Part shown: positions 1 through 12,351 of the stretch, in pieces
How the letters are laid out: every line of letters begins with the position of its first letter
Position numbering within the stretch: position 1 is the first letter of the stretch
Assembly (NCBI GenBank): GCA_950097015.1
Contig: CATNEN010000001.1
Location: 13,020,001-13,084,000 of the forward strand
Direction of reading: 5' to 3'
DNA: 64,000 bases
Source: Macrostomum hystrix
Taxonomy: Eukaryota > Animalia > Platyhelminthes
Program-made: the position numbers and the translations under genes
Notes under the pieces: model-generated
What the model was told of the DNA's origin: nothing
The model's input: only the letters and a program-made list of their open reading frames with translations
Databases searched by the model: none

Positions 1-430
1 CTTTATGTTATATTCTACTTGCCTCAAAAACCACTGGGCAAGTGCCTTAAAGGTGGAAACTATGCCCAAATTTTAAATGTAGCAGAGAAAATCAATTTTA
101 AGTTTTTTAAAATATTGCCTAGCTAAATGAATTGACATATTTCATGCTCTATGCTCTATGTTATATTCTACTTGCCTTAAAAACCAATGGGCAAGTGCCT
201 TGAAAGTGGAAAGTATGCCCAAATTTTAAATGTAGCAGAGAAAATCAATTTTAAGTTTTTTAATATTGCCTAGCTAAATGAATTGACATATTTCATGCTC
301 TATGCTCTATGTCATATTCTACCTGCCTCAAAAACCAATGGGCAAGTGCCTTAATAGTGAAAAGTATGCCCAAATTTTAAATGTAGCAGAGAAAATCAAT
401 TTTATGTTTTTTTAATATTGCCTAGCTAAA
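1..430. repeat. Tandem repeat, ~153-bp unit, ~2.8 copies (continues off the left edge)
   Basis: Unit ctYtatgtYatattctacYtgcctYaaaaacca...ttgacatatttcatgctctatg recurs at ~1, ~154 and ~306. Confidence 0.9.
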
Positions 431-969
431 ATAATATTGTGATTTTCAAAGGTATATTCATTGTTAAAGCTGAAGATTTGGAAAATGGAACTTTGACTTT
501 TGGCAATTAAAAGTTAAAGTACATAGTTTACATTGTGTTGTGTAGTGTGTTGTAGTAAGTTTGGAATAGTCTAATTAAGAGGTCCAAAATCCTTTGGAGG
601 CAGTTTTCAAATCCTGCAGTTCACATTATTTTGTCATCTCCTTTCTGATGCCAATCTGGTCACAGATAACATTGGCCATATGGGGATTTTAATTGTTCAT
701 GGCCCATAGCTCTAAAATGCAAGGGTGGTAGCAAAAAATAGATCTAAAATTTGCCTTTCAAATATATTGGCTCGGGAACTGCCTGTACTCCACAAATGCA
801 CATTAGTGATAATGACCAGTGAAACGTCAATCCCTATTCCAGCCATTTCCGTATGAGTCAATCAAAATTGATTGATATGCTTGATAAATTATTTGTATAC
901 TTAAAATATTGTTTGTATTTATATGCAAAAGTTTCAGCAATTTACCAATTCAACTAACTTTCAGCGAAA

Positions 970-2059
970 ATGGCTCAAATCCTAGACATACTAAGGGTAG
1001 GTCCATTACCCTTGGATAGGATAATGGATAAGCCAATTGTGCCAATGGTTACATGTCCTGCACCAGGATCGGCGTGTTTTGTTACAGCCAAGGCCAAGGA
1101 TTGTGTACGAAGTCTCTGTCCCTGCTTGAGAATTGTTAATGCTGCCGGATCGACAGGCAAAAGTATGGCGTATACGTCAGGGGACGCTGTAAGTCTGAAG
1201 TTGTAATCCTTAGACTTTTGTAAGCCTAAGGACTTTTCTTAGTCTTAAAAAGTGGAACTTGTACTTTTAGCAAATAAAGTGGAACTTGGACTTTTGGCAA
1301 ATGAAGTGGAACTTGGACTTTTGGCAAATAAAGTGGAACTTGTACTTGAACTTGAACTTGGTTAAGTTAAAGCCTTAACTTTGACTTGCCTTTCTCCTTC
1401 AGATACTGCAGTACTTTCCGGATCAAGCATACTGCCTGTATCGGCACGGAGTGGGTAGTTGTAAACAATTGCTCAGAGCCTTGGGCAGGCCTGCCGCCCC
1501 AGCCGCCCCTGCCGCCCCTGCCGCTCCTGCCGTGCAAGCCAATGCCCCAACGCCTGCTGCAATGGCGTCTGGGGCACTGAATCAAGCACTTAATGTGTTT
1601 ACTCTTGCAGCCGGAGAACACTTCGGCGGACTCCTTCCGCCATTATCACAGCCGGTAGCAGAAATGCTACGGGCTGTGATAATGTGTCTCGAAAGGCGGG
1701 ACTCTAAACGGCTCCTTTGTCTGGCAAAGGCCACTGCCGAGGTAACGGCGCTGGCAATTGGTGCAGCTGCTGCATCAGTTGACCTCGCGGAGGCCCCTCC
1801 TCATCCCGCCAACGCCGATCCCGCCGACGCCGATCCCGCCGACGCCGATCCGGCCGATCCCGCCGACGCCGATCCGGTCGATCCCGCCGTTCCCGCCGCC
1901 ATACCACCGGACCAGTTTGGCGGGGCCGGTCCCGGCCCGTCGGCGGTAGCGGAGGACGAGGAGGAAGAAGAAGAAGAAGAGCAGCAGCCGAGGGCCAAGA
2001 GGCAATGTGTGAAAAAGGCTGCCCCTAAGAAGGCTGGCCGAAGGAAGCGACGTCGCTAA
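970..2059 (+). CDS. Putative spliced gene of unknown function with Ala/Pro/Asp low-complexity repeats and a basic NLS-like C-terminus
   Basis: ATG at 970 follows ttttcag. Phase-0 donors at 997 (gtaggt) or ~1188 (gtaagt). Acceptor ttcag at 1402 puts 1403 in frame with the GC-rich ORF ending 2059 (ADPAD repeats, poly-E, KKAGRRKRRR). Confidence 0.5.
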
Positions 2060-2169
2060 ACTATTTATATATTTTTTTGTATTATCTGGCGCCTTTTCCT
2101 TTTGCGACAATACGCATTTATTATTATTTTATTATTTTATTTTTTTATACCATAAATCTAGCCAGTCTA

Positions 2170-3079
2170 TGGACCAGGAGGGAGCCCAGCCTGTGTGGCG
2201 TCCTTAGTAACCGGCCCCTGGAAACAGCATCTGGCATTCCAGCATAAGTCAACTTTTTATATATTGTTGTAGACTTTGACCATGCCACCTGGTGTGCTGC
2301 TCAGCCAGGCCAAGAAGTGGTCGGAACTGCGTCTCGTCGTGGAGGGGACAACGGTAAGCAGTTGATTAAATTACTTTCTTGATGCCAGCAAGAAAGAAAA
2401 AAAGCACGCAACCCCGGACACAAGTGGCCAAAAGAGGGGAAGCGTCAGATCGCACGCCGCGCAGCCTGCCCCGCAAAAAGGCCGCCCTGCCCGCCCTGTC
2501 CGGTACCCCCGCGAAAGTCAGCAGGCCGTCCAGGTAACTGGTGGTGCGCACCTGGCTGCGCCTGCGCAGACCCGGCAGCGTCAGCAGCAGGACGTCCTGC
2601 AGCGGCTCTGGGCAGCAGGACTCGGCGCGAATCACATGCCCGGCCAGCGCAGGTGTCGCTGACGCAGCAGGTCGGAGGGCCACGACAGGTGCACCCGGTC
2701 TCGCCGCTTGGGCCGCCGCGGACGCGCAGCGTCGAGCTGTCCCGCAAACGCCTCGGTCATCGTCCAGATCTCGGCGTTATTGATGCCATAAGACGCATAA
2801 CACATGATTGTCGGGTGCAGTCTGTGCAGCTTTCTGCGGGGCACGATGGAAGGACATTTCAATGTTAATGCGTGCAGATAGAGTACTTGGAATATGCTTC
2901 ATAAATGTTTTCCATCATCACTTTTGCCCTTTCAGCTCGTCTATCACTTGGTGGGCCAAGTGGGAGCAGGAGTTTGTGCTAGCCAGTTCTCGCAGATTAT
3001 TTACGACTCATTCTGTGAGCAAGCCTTCCAGAGCAGCCAGAACAGCCAGACAGGTTCATCAATGAACCCCAACGAGTGA
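2170..3079 (+). pseudogene. Probable degenerate multi-exon gene of unknown function
   Basis: GC-rich exon-like blocks flanked by splice signals (tag|actttgaccatg...acg|gtaagc at ~2273-2353; tttcag|ctcgtc...tga at ~2936-3079). No continuous frame is recoverable. Confidence 0.3.
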
Positions 3080-3729
3080 ACCTGCAGAACTGAAAGCACA
3101 GAAGCTGACAATTTTTTACTTGTGTTGAGCATTTCTAGGAGCACAATGCTTCATAGCTGAGTCCTTCCACTGCTGCATAAAACAGTTATTGATAGTCTCG
3201 AATACTCTATGCAAATTTAATATTGCTATTAAAGAAGTATTTTAACCTATTTTAAGGGTCTAGGAGTATTCAAAGTGGTTTAACCCATTCGAAGTGGGTT
3301 TAAGAGTATTCAAAGTGTATTTTTAGTGTATTTTTGTGCAAAAGTGTATTTTTAACAATTGAAGGCTGAAAATAGTATCTATTATATGTTTAAAACATCT
3401 GCAATTTGCTGGCAGGCATCTCGAACTTGTTGTTGTATTATTGCCCTCTATAAAAAAATATATTTCTGTTGATGCATTGATGCTTAGTTGATGCAATGTA
3501 AATGAACCCTCTTAGGAAGCAAGACTAATTACTATACAAATAAGACACAAGAAGCAGTTGAATGCTCATACCGCCACCCATTGGCAATCTTTGTTATGTT
3601 GGTCCAAATACTCAGATTTCAATGCGATTCTTTGTGGTTCGCATTTCTTCATTCATTTTTGCTTTTGTTTACTTGTGTTTGTAACAGTAGTTGGTTGGGC
3701 ATTTTCTCCCTGTATTTCCTTCGAATTTG

Positions 3730-3860
3730 ATAGACAAATAGCCAGATAAATAGACATACAGAGAGATAGACATACAGACAGATAGACAGACACACAGATA
3801 GACAGACAAGTAGACATGCAAATATAGAGACAGAGAGACAGATATATAGACAGATAGAGA
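3730..3860. repeat. Degenerate (AGAC/AGAT)n microsatellite
   Basis: tagacaaatagccagataaatagacatacagagagatagacatacagacagatagacagac... Confidence 0.85.
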
Positions 3861-4434
3861 GGCCACAAACATTACTGCCTAACAAAACAAAAACACTTTA
3901 CCCTATGGTCACAAAGTCTATGCCAATTGTGATGATAGTTGATTTCAAAATAAAAGTTGGTCTAAACATAACATCAGACAAAGGCTAAAATTGTTTAAAT
4001 CCAAATGGCAGAATGCATTAAAATGATTTTGATGGGTAAGAATATTATTTATACACTTCAGAGCAAGACCATTTCTCGCAAAAGATTATTCAAAACAAAA
4101 CCTATACCATGCCCAAAAATGTTAGAGAAATTTTAGAGAAATGCATATTACAAAATAAAATAGGATTTATTTATTTATTGCGAATGTTCATCATAGATGG
4201 AAAGATTCAATTACTTTTTTGATTGGCCAAAAACATTTCTGTCCCTCAAAGCAAAAATACTTCACTTGGTCACAAAGTCTGTCAATTGTGATGATAGTTG
4301 ATTTCATGAAAAGGACAAAGAGTACATGGCTTAAACATAACATCAGGGATCTGGCAATGGCAAGATTGTATAAATCCGAATGGTAGAATGAATTAGAATG
4401 ATTTAGATGGGCAAAAATATTATTGGTACACTTC

Positions 4435-5460
4435 GGGGGGAGAATTAGTTCTCTGCTGCTGGGGGGAATTAGTTCTCTGCTGCTGGGGGGAATTAGTTCT
4501 CTGCTGCTGGGGGGAAATTAGTTATTTGCTGCTGGGGGGAATTAGTTCTCTGCTGCTGGGGGGAATTACTTCTCTGCTGCTGGGGGGAAATTAGTTATTT
4601 GCTGCTGGGGGGGAATTAGTTCTCTGCTGCTGGGGGGAAATTAGTTATTTGCTGCTGGGGGGAATTAGTTCTCTGCTGCTGGGGGAAATTAGTTCTTTGC
4701 TGCTGGGGGGGAGAATTAGTTCTCTGCTGCTGGGGGGAATTAGTTCTTCGCTGCTGGGGGGAATTAGTTCTTTGCTGCTGGGGGGGAGAATTAGTTCTCT
4801 GCTGCTGGGGGGAATTAGTTCTCTGCTGCTGGGGGGAAATTAGTTATTTGCTGCTGGGGGGAATTAGTTCTCTGCTGCTGGGGGGAATTACTTCTCTGCT
4901 GCTGGGGGGAAATTAGTTATTTGCTGCTGGGGGGGAATTAGTTCTCTGCTGCTGGGGGGAAATTAGTTATTTGCTGCTGGGGGGAATTAGTTCTCTGCTG
5001 CTGGGGGGGAATTAGTTCTTTGCTGCTGGGGGGGAGAATTAGTTCTCTGCTGCTGGGGGGAATTAGTTCTTCGCTGCTGGGGGGAATTAGTTCTTTGCTG
5101 CTGGGGGGGAGAATTAGTTCTCTGCTGCTGGGGGGAATTAGTTCTCTGCTGCTGGGGGGAAATTAGTTATTTGCTGCTGGGGGGAATTAGTTCTCTGCTG
5201 CTGGGGGGAATTACTTCTCTGCTGCTGGGGGGGAAATTAGTTATTTGCTGCTGGGGGGGAGTATTATTTCTCTGCTGCTGGGGGAGAATTAGTTCTCTGC
5301 TGCTCGGGGGGGAATTAGTTCTCTGCTGCTGGGGGGAAATTAGTTCTCTGCTGCTCGTGGGGAATTAGTTCTCTGCTGCTGGCGGGAAATTAGTTATTTG
5401 CTACTCAGAGGACATTAGTTCTCTGCTGCTTGGGGGACATTGGTTTTTTACTGCTGTGGG
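4435..5460. repeat. Minisatellite, ~24-26-bp unit GGGGGGAATTAGTTCTCTGCTGCT, ~40 copies
   Basis: Tandem array is directly visible. The LLGG-repeat ORFs are artefacts of it. Confidence 0.95.
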
Positions 5461-5577
5461 GATAGTATTCACATGTACCTCAGTAGCATTAAGCTGAGTT
5501 GTATCAAACGTAAGCTACTTGTGTAATTTTGCCCCAATGGGGCTCTTGGTGTACAGACCGGATGTCTCAGAATGTAT

Positions 5578-6234
5578 TGTTGTACCTGTGGTAGCGTGGC
5601 ACACACAATTGGTAAAATAACCAAGACAGGAACTAGATTCCGAGAGAGAGAGTTTATACCGGCCTCAACACTGAATGCTTCGTAGCAGTGGAGCAACCTG
5701 GTAGTCAGGCTAGATTACCTAGTTTTCTCGGTCGCTATCTAGGCTCTAGCAGTAATTCCTGCTACTTTGATTCCCTGCTCTGAAGCCTGGCGATGTGCTA
5801 TGCTTCTAAATGCAACACACGGCCTTGCTTCACAATAATGTTAGCAGACAAGATACAAAGATTGCAAAAGAACACAATCGATGTGAAACGCATGAAGACT
5901 GGAGGACAGAAACGTGCCATATTCGTACAGAAGTTGTGCTACCGCGGTACTAACACCATCTCAAGGATTCGTCGGACTGTGCTCTACTTATAGTAGGAGC
6001 ATTTGAGCGTTGTTATGCCAGTCTTCTTCCGAACTTAAGCGATTGCACCATGGTGTGCAATGTGACTCAGTGCGCAGACAGAGCTGGAACGAGAGAACGA
6101 GAGAGGAGGGGGGGTGGCGAGCGGAAGTGACAGTGCACGGGAAACACTAACTACCAACCCTAGCCCTCCCACAGACCTAGAACAGCCTGACTCACAGATT
6201 GCCTGGAGGCTGCTCAGCAGTCTACAGCACATCA
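5578..6234 (-). mobile_element. Solo LTR (family A), 657 bp
   Basis: TG...CA termini. 4-bp TSD GTAT at 5574-5577 and 6235-6238. Homologous to 60217-60840 in the opposite orientation. Confidence 0.85.
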
Positions 6235-6399
6235 GTATTCAAGCTCAGACAGACTATTTTTGTATTTAGTGAGAATTCAAATTCTCTTTGATTCGCTATC
6301 ACGTATATTCGCAATCAGGGAAATTATTACTGACGAAATAGGTTTTCGTTTTTGTTTGCTTTCAGGTGTGTTTTGTCCTTCTGCATTGCACAAGATTTT

Positions 6400-6445
6400 T
6401 TTGTCTGACCAGTAGTGCTCCCCGAAGGGGGGCAAAACTTGCTAG
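6400..6445 (+). mobile_element. Helitron 3' terminus (array unit A; 5' end not located)
   Basis: GC hairpin ctccccgaagggggg, then caaaacttg-CTAG. The same terminus occurs at 8311-8338 and, on the minus strand, at 45261-45290. Confidence 0.75.
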
Positions 6446-7029
6446 TCCACTATACTAAAAATGAAATGGTTGGTTGGTTGTAATTGATTTTCTCCCGAAC
6501 GGCTCAACCGATTTTCACCATTTCTTCACCAAAAGATGCTAAATATGGGGACAATTATACACGCATTTTTATTAAGCTTAACTTTATTGCTAAGGGGATT
6601 AAATATTCGAAAAACATGAGTTTTTCAAAGGTCAAACCATCTTGGCCTATTGAGAATTTTACTCACTGCCGCTGAATTAGAATTGCATCGTCAAATTGCG
6701 CAACAACCCCTAGCTGATTTAATTTGACGCCTGCACTCTGGAGACAAATTTGAAATAAATGTACACAACCAACCGCGAGACTGAGTGTACTCTATTTTCT
6801 CACTTCATTGTACAAAGCCAGAACTTTGAGAATTCATTTTATAAGGCAGATTTTTGCACCCACTAACCAACAGTCGGAATAGCCTATGTGTAGGCACTAG
6901 GAATAGGTTAGGCCAGGCTAGGGTTCGATTCTGCACTGCGACAAATCAATTAGAATAATTGTCAGCCAGTAGTGATTGAAAATTATTTTAATTTATTTTT
7001 TTCATTTTATAAATAAAAATCATAAATTA

Positions 7030-7620
7030 TAGCAAACCTGAGTTTGAATCATTGCAAAAATAGAGTTTAAATCATGTCTAAACCAGAGTCTGAATCATGG
7101 CTAAACCAGAGTTTGAATCGTGGCTAAACCAGAGTTTCAATCATGGCTAAACCAGAGTTTGAATCATGGCAAATCCAGAGTTTCAATCATGGCTAAACCA
7201 GAGTTTGAATCATGGCTAAACCAGAGTTTGAATCATGGCAAATCCAGAGTTTCAATCATGGCTAAACCAGAGTTTGAATCATGGCTAAACCAGAGGTTGA
7301 ATCATGGCTAAACCAGAGCTTGAATCGTGGCTAAACCAGAGTTTGAATCATGGCTAAACCAGAGTTTGAATCATGGCTAAACCAGAGTCTGAATCATGGC
7401 TAAACCAGCGTCTGAATCATGGCTAAACCAGAGTCTAAATTATGGCTAAACCAGTGTCTGAATCATGGCTAAACCAGCGTCTGAATCATGGAAAAACCAG
7501 CGATTGAATCATGGCTCAGCCAGAGCTTGAAGCATGGCTAAACCAGAGTTTGAATCATGGCTAAACCAGAGTCTGAATCATGGCTAAACCAGAGTTTGAA
7601 TCATGGCTAAACCTGAGCTA
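7030..7620. repeat. 21-bp minisatellite (AATCATGGCTAAACCAGAGTYTG-like), ~28 copies
   Basis: Tandem array is directly visible. Confidence 0.95.
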
Positions 7621-7664
7621 TGTTGTTCTTATCAATTTTCTACAAAAGCAGCTAATATAAAAAT

Positions 7665-8245
7665 TCAACTGGGGAACATTGTCAGCTGGGGAGTCATCAT
7701 CAAATAGGGGATCATGGTAAACGGGGGGATAATCGTCAACTGGGGGATCATGGTAAACTGGGGGATTATTGTCAACTGGAGGATCATTGTCAACTGCGGG
7801 ATAGTTGTCAACAGCGGGATCATTGTCAACTGGGGGATCATCATCAACTGGGGAATAATTGTCAACTGGGGGATCATCATCAACTGGGGAATCATTGTCA
7901 ACTGGGGTATCATTGTCAACTGGGGGATCTTTGTCAACTGGGGGATCATTGTCAACTGTGGGATCATTTTAAACTTGGGGATCATTGTCAACTGGGGGAT
8001 CATCATCAACTGGCATGGGGGATCATTGTCAACTGGGGGATCATTGTCAACTGGGGAATCATTGTCAACTGGGGGATCATCATCAACTGGTGGATTATTG
8101 TCAACTGGGGGAACAATGTCAACTGGGGATCATCATCAATGGGGAGTTATCATCAACTGGGGGGATCATTGTCAACTGGGGAATCATTGTCGACTGGGGG
8201 AGCATTGTCAACTGGGGGAGCATTGTCAACTGGGGGATGATTGTA
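7665..8245. repeat. 18-bp minisatellite GGGGATCATTGTCAACTG, ~30 copies
   Basis: Tandem array is directly visible. A few units also occur (reverse complement) at 45358-45420 next to the other Helitron 3' end. Confidence 0.95.
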
Positions 8246-8727
8246 GCTTAAAAAAAGCTGAAACTACAGCTGCTAAAAAGTATATACTGGAAGAATTTAA
8301 AATATATCTGCTCCGCGAAGGGGGGCAAAACTTGCTAGTTTAATAATAATAAACTTGTGATATCTGACACGAGTTCGTATTTGGGAAGGAAGAACCGGTT
8401 ATAAGTCTATTTTGTTATTTTAGCATTTCAAATAATCAGATCATCTCAAGGGTGAATAAGCAGGGCAATACGTGTAGCTTTTAAAGAAGGGGCAAGCATC
8501 ACTGGCAGAACGAAGTGAAGATAGGGCGGGTTTGTACCATAGACTAAACTTCAATGCGTGTAATGTCTCCCTTCAGACAGAAGTTGAACAGCAACAAAGG
8601 GGTGATAATAAGTAGGGTTCAATGAGGTGCAAAGATGGGCTAGTTAATGGATTCAGTCCAGTAATTTAGTAAAGCAACTAGTTCAATGTATAACTACTAG
8701 TATGTTCAATGCTTCTTAGATATAAAA

Positions 8728-11467
8728 TCATGGGGCATAACGGCTTGGCGGCCTGCGCTCGCGCGTGCTTCGGCGATATCCGACGGGTTCGTGTGCTTGC
8801 GCCTCTCCCGTTGGTGCAGCATCGGCGGTGTTTGCCATCGTGTCCACGACTTCAGTGTCTAGCGACTCGCCGTCATCCGGCAGGGGTGCGAACTGATTCT
8901 CGCTCGCCAGGCGGAGGTCAGCCCCATCCAGCACCCAAGCCGTATTGTGTCCGCGGTTCATTTCGTACTCAACGGTGGAGGGCGGAGCTCTGGGTACCGG
9001 CTGATAGAGAACCCGCTCGCCTTGATTGAACGGAGATACCAGTGGCACACGAAGTGGGCGTCCGAAAACAAGCTCAGCAGGACTGCGGCCGCGTGATTGC
9101 GCAGAGTTGCGGTGGTGGAATAGGATACGCTGTAAAAAGGGGGTAAATTCAGCATGAGTGATCTTTTCGGTCCACGCGCGTAAAGCTCTCTTGACTGTCT
9201 GAACAGCTCGTTCAGCAGCACCATTTGCTTGCGGGTAGTAGGTGGGTGACTCAAGCTTTCTGACTCCATTCAACTTCAGCCATGTTCTGAATGCGTCGCT
9301 GACGAACTCTGGTGCATTGTCTGAGACCAGCAACTCTGGGACACCAAATCGAGTCACAACTGTTCGCAGGGAGCGAATCACAGAGTCGCTAGACCTGTCT
9401 TTGCATGGAAATGCCTCAATCCAGCCGGAATAGGCATCGACCACGATAAGAATGTTTCCGACATCTTTGATATACGCCCAATCGATATGAAGCTTTTGAA
9501 ACGGGTAGTCCGTGTTGGGCCAGGTGTCTCTAGTCTTTAGAAGTCTAGGTCTCAATTTGCTGCAGTCAGTGCACTGCCGGACAAATCGCTCAACGTCTGA
9601 GCGCATCCCGGGCCACCAACACGACAGGGACATCAAATTAAAGGTGGCGATGTAGCCGGAGTGGGTGCTGTGTGCTGTTTTGAAAGCTTCCTTGCGAAGC
9701 CGCGGTGGAATATAGGCTTGGCGGCCTTTGAATAATAGTCCGTCTTCAATAGTGAGCGACTCAGCCACTCTCTCGAAAGCCTGCTCAGCCTGGGAACACC
9801 GGTGCCAATCGCCGGAACGAACCCGGGTCATGATCTTTTGAGAAAGGGTGTCCAGGTCAAGTTCGGCCAAAAGGCGTTGATGTGATATGACAGGGGTCTC
9901 GAACGCAACGCAGTTTATAGCCTCGGAGACGTCCTTGGAGTCAAGCGTTGCATCAGTGAAGCGCAGTCGAGACAGAGCGTCAGCATGCGGAATATCGCTG
10001 CCCGGCACGTAGCGAATGGTGTAATTGTAGTGCATTAATGCCATTGCCCAGCGAGAGATTCGCGTTGAGGTGTTGAGTGGGATTCCGCTTGCTTGTCCCA
10101 GGAGACTGATCAATGGTTTGTGGTCCGTCTGAATTGTGAAGTTTCTTCCTAGCAGATAGTGTTTCAGTCTGTTGACGGCCCAAAATATTGCCAGTGCATC
10201 CCGCTCGATATTCGAGTAGTTTTGCTCCGATTTTGTGAGGCTTCGAGATATGTAGATAACAGGGTGTCCTTCCTGTGTGACTACACCAGCGATAGCACCT
10301 TTCGAGGCGTCAGTTGTGAGAGTGAGCTCCTTCTCCAATGAGTAGGGCTGAACCACAGGCTTTGATGCGATCTCGTTTTTAAAAGCTTGAAATGCGCGCT
10401 CGCATTCATCAGTCCACCGAAATGGCGTGTCAGCTCGGCGAAGGCGATTGAGCGGCTCGACCTTGCAAGAGAAGTTTGGGATGAGTCGGCCGAAGAAATT
10501 GACAAGCCCTACAAACTGTTCCAGTTCCTTTTTATCAGTTGGTGAGGCAATTTTGCGTATCTTTTCCACCAGCCTGTCGTCTGGCTTGATGCCAGCGGCA
10601 GATATTTGGAAGCCCAAGAAAGAAATTTCATCTGCTTCCTCGACACACTTGTCTTCGTTGATGGTGACGTGCTTCTCTGCTAATCGTGTCTTTAAAGCCC
10701 GAAGCCTCTTTTTCAGGGAATCTTGGTTCTCGGCAAACACTAAGACATCGTCCTGGTAGATGAGAACTCCTTTGAGGTCCGATAGAATGCTCTCCATTGT
10801 TCGCTGGAAGATGAAGGATGCATTCTTCATACCCATCTTTCGCAAACTTCTTTGCATTTTTTAACTTTGCCAGCAGATACTCCACACTTGGGATCGGATA
10901 GTCTTCGGATTGGATCTTAGCATTTACATGCACGCTATAGTCGGCGCACATCCGTAGCGTGCCGTCCTTTTTATTTACCCAGACCACCGGGGAGGAGTTA
11001 CTCACCGGTCTGTCGATGGGTTCAATTACGCCAAGTTGCTGCAGTCTGTTCAGCTCGGAGTTCACGGCCGACTCGAGTGCAAGTGGCACCGGGCGAGCGC
11101 GGCAGAACTTGGGCGCAGCGCCATCCACCAGAGTCATTGTTGCTTTCTGGCCTTTGATTATTGGCAGATTCTCAATCTTTGGCACATTGTTGGTTCCAGC
11201 CGCAACGCTAAAGATGCTATCGGAATCTAGAAGGTCTCGGCCCAGAAGACCAAAATCCTTGCTGGCTCTGACAACCGTCATGGTAACAGGGTGTAGCCGA
11301 CCTCGGAATTCGATTGCGGTTGGCAATGAGCCCATAACTTGGAGCTGATGCCCGTCATATGCTTGGAGCCTGCGGTGAGACGTCTGCAGTGCGGGACGGC
11401 CGATGCGGTCCCAGATGACGGAGGATATTATGCTTACCGCAGCACCTGTATCCAGCTGCATGGGCAC
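8728..11467 (-). pseudogene. pol: Gypsy Pol (protease, RT, RNase H, integrase), disrupted
   Basis: Protease LDTGA. RT LRMCADY and YQDDVLV. RNase H TTDAS, YSNIER, TDHKPL, ADALSR. Integrase H..H..C..C, IDW, SDNAPEF, NGAAER. Frameshift at ~11470 and a deletion/frameshift at ~10837. Confidence 0.92.
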
Positions 11468-12351
11468 ACGGCCCCCATGATGACAACGTCTTCCATAGCA
11501 CTGCTAGCTATGGCATGAATTGCGTCGGCGTCAGAGAGGTGTAGAACTTCCGGCTGCGAACAACTGGCAGGGTCATCGTCGGCATGATGTACGTGTTTTG
11601 GCCGTGAGGAGCGGCACACCGAAGCGAAATGATTTGCCTTTGAACATTTGCTGCAGGTCTTGCCAAAGGCGGGGCACTTGCCCGTTGCGTGAGATTTGCC
11701 ACAGTAACCACAGTTACGGTTTGCTGCCTGTCGCCGAGAATCGCTGTGGTTTATCTCTGCGGCAACGTTGCACCGCTGATTCGGTGATGCCTGAGACTCG
11801 ACGAATTGCTTCATCTGACCTAGCTGATGCACCAGTTCGATAATTTCAGCAACAGGAAGCTCCTTCACTTGCATGGCCTCAAGAACCTTCTGTTGGGTCC
11901 GTGGACAGTGCATGCCGGCTACAAGCGCGAGCTTGATCATTTCGTCCTCGGGGCTCGCCGCCCGCTTCAGTTGGTCAAACTTGCAGGTGCGAGCTGCCTT
12001 CTTCAAACGCACAAGAAAGTCCGGCAAGGCTTCGTTGTCGTGTTGTCGAAGCGAGTAAAATTTCGTCCTTTCGCTGAGAACCAGCCGCTCTTTGGGCTGG
12101 AGATATGTTTTGATGGCATCTTCGATAGCGCTAAATGTTTGTGTGTCTACTTCTGCAGGAGCCAGCAGGCATGAGAGCTTTTCCAAGGAATTCAAGCCAC
12201 AAAGAGCTAGGAAGTTGTCTGCAATTTGTCGACTTTCGACTGTATCTGTCCACTTTCGCGCTCGAGCCAAGGCGCGAAATGCAATAAGCCATGTCAATGC
12301 ACGGTCCGTATCGTTTAGGTCTAAAGAACCAAGCTGTGCTTGCGACGCCAT
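11434..12351 (-). CDS. gag: Gypsy Gag with CCHC zinc knuckle
   Basis: ERTKFYSLRQ..E...DF..RL...A..C.F gag motif. CGYCGKSH...CPAFGKTCSKCSKANHFASVC is a Mag-type knuckle arrangement. Confidence 0.9.
   Translation of the reverse strand: MASQAQLGSLDLNDTDRALTWLIAFRALARARKWTDTVESRQIADNFLALCGLNSLEKLSCLLAPAEVDTQTFSAIEDAIKTYLQPKERLVLSERTKFYSLRQHDNEALPDFLVRLKKAARTCKFDQLKRAASPEDEMIKLALVAGMHCPRTQQKVLEAMQVKELPVAEIIELVHQLGQMKQFVESQASPNQRCNVAAEINHSDSRRQAANRNCGYCGKSHATGKCPAFGKTCSKCSKANHFASVCRSSRPKHVHHADDDPASCSQPEVLHLSDADAIHAIASSAMEDVVIMGAVCPCSWIQVLR

Larger units (their letters stand above)
6446..8338 (+). mobile_element. Non-autonomous Helitron (array unit B) carrying two minisatellites
   Basis: 5' TCcactatactaaaaatgaaa plus a (GGTT)n tract. 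3' hairpin ctccgcgaagggggg, then CTAG at 8335-8338. The 5' region (gaacggctcaacc...aagcttaa...aaggggattaaatattcgaaaaac) is shared with 12565-12740. Confidence 0.8.

Noticed and set aside
4435-8245. CRISPR-like appearance of the regular short repeats
   Set aside because: The units are contiguous with no unique spacers, there are no cas genes, and the context is eukaryotic. These are minisatellites.
4649-8343. Repetitive ORFs (LLGG.., MAKPEF.., IIVNWG..) as proteins
   Set aside because: They are translations of minisatellites with no independent coding evidence.
11434-11480. Programmed gag-pol frameshift
   Set aside because: No slippery heptamer is evident. Restoring one base gives a plausible protease start (I.GGRVPMQLDTG), so a 1-nt loss or sequencing error is more likely.
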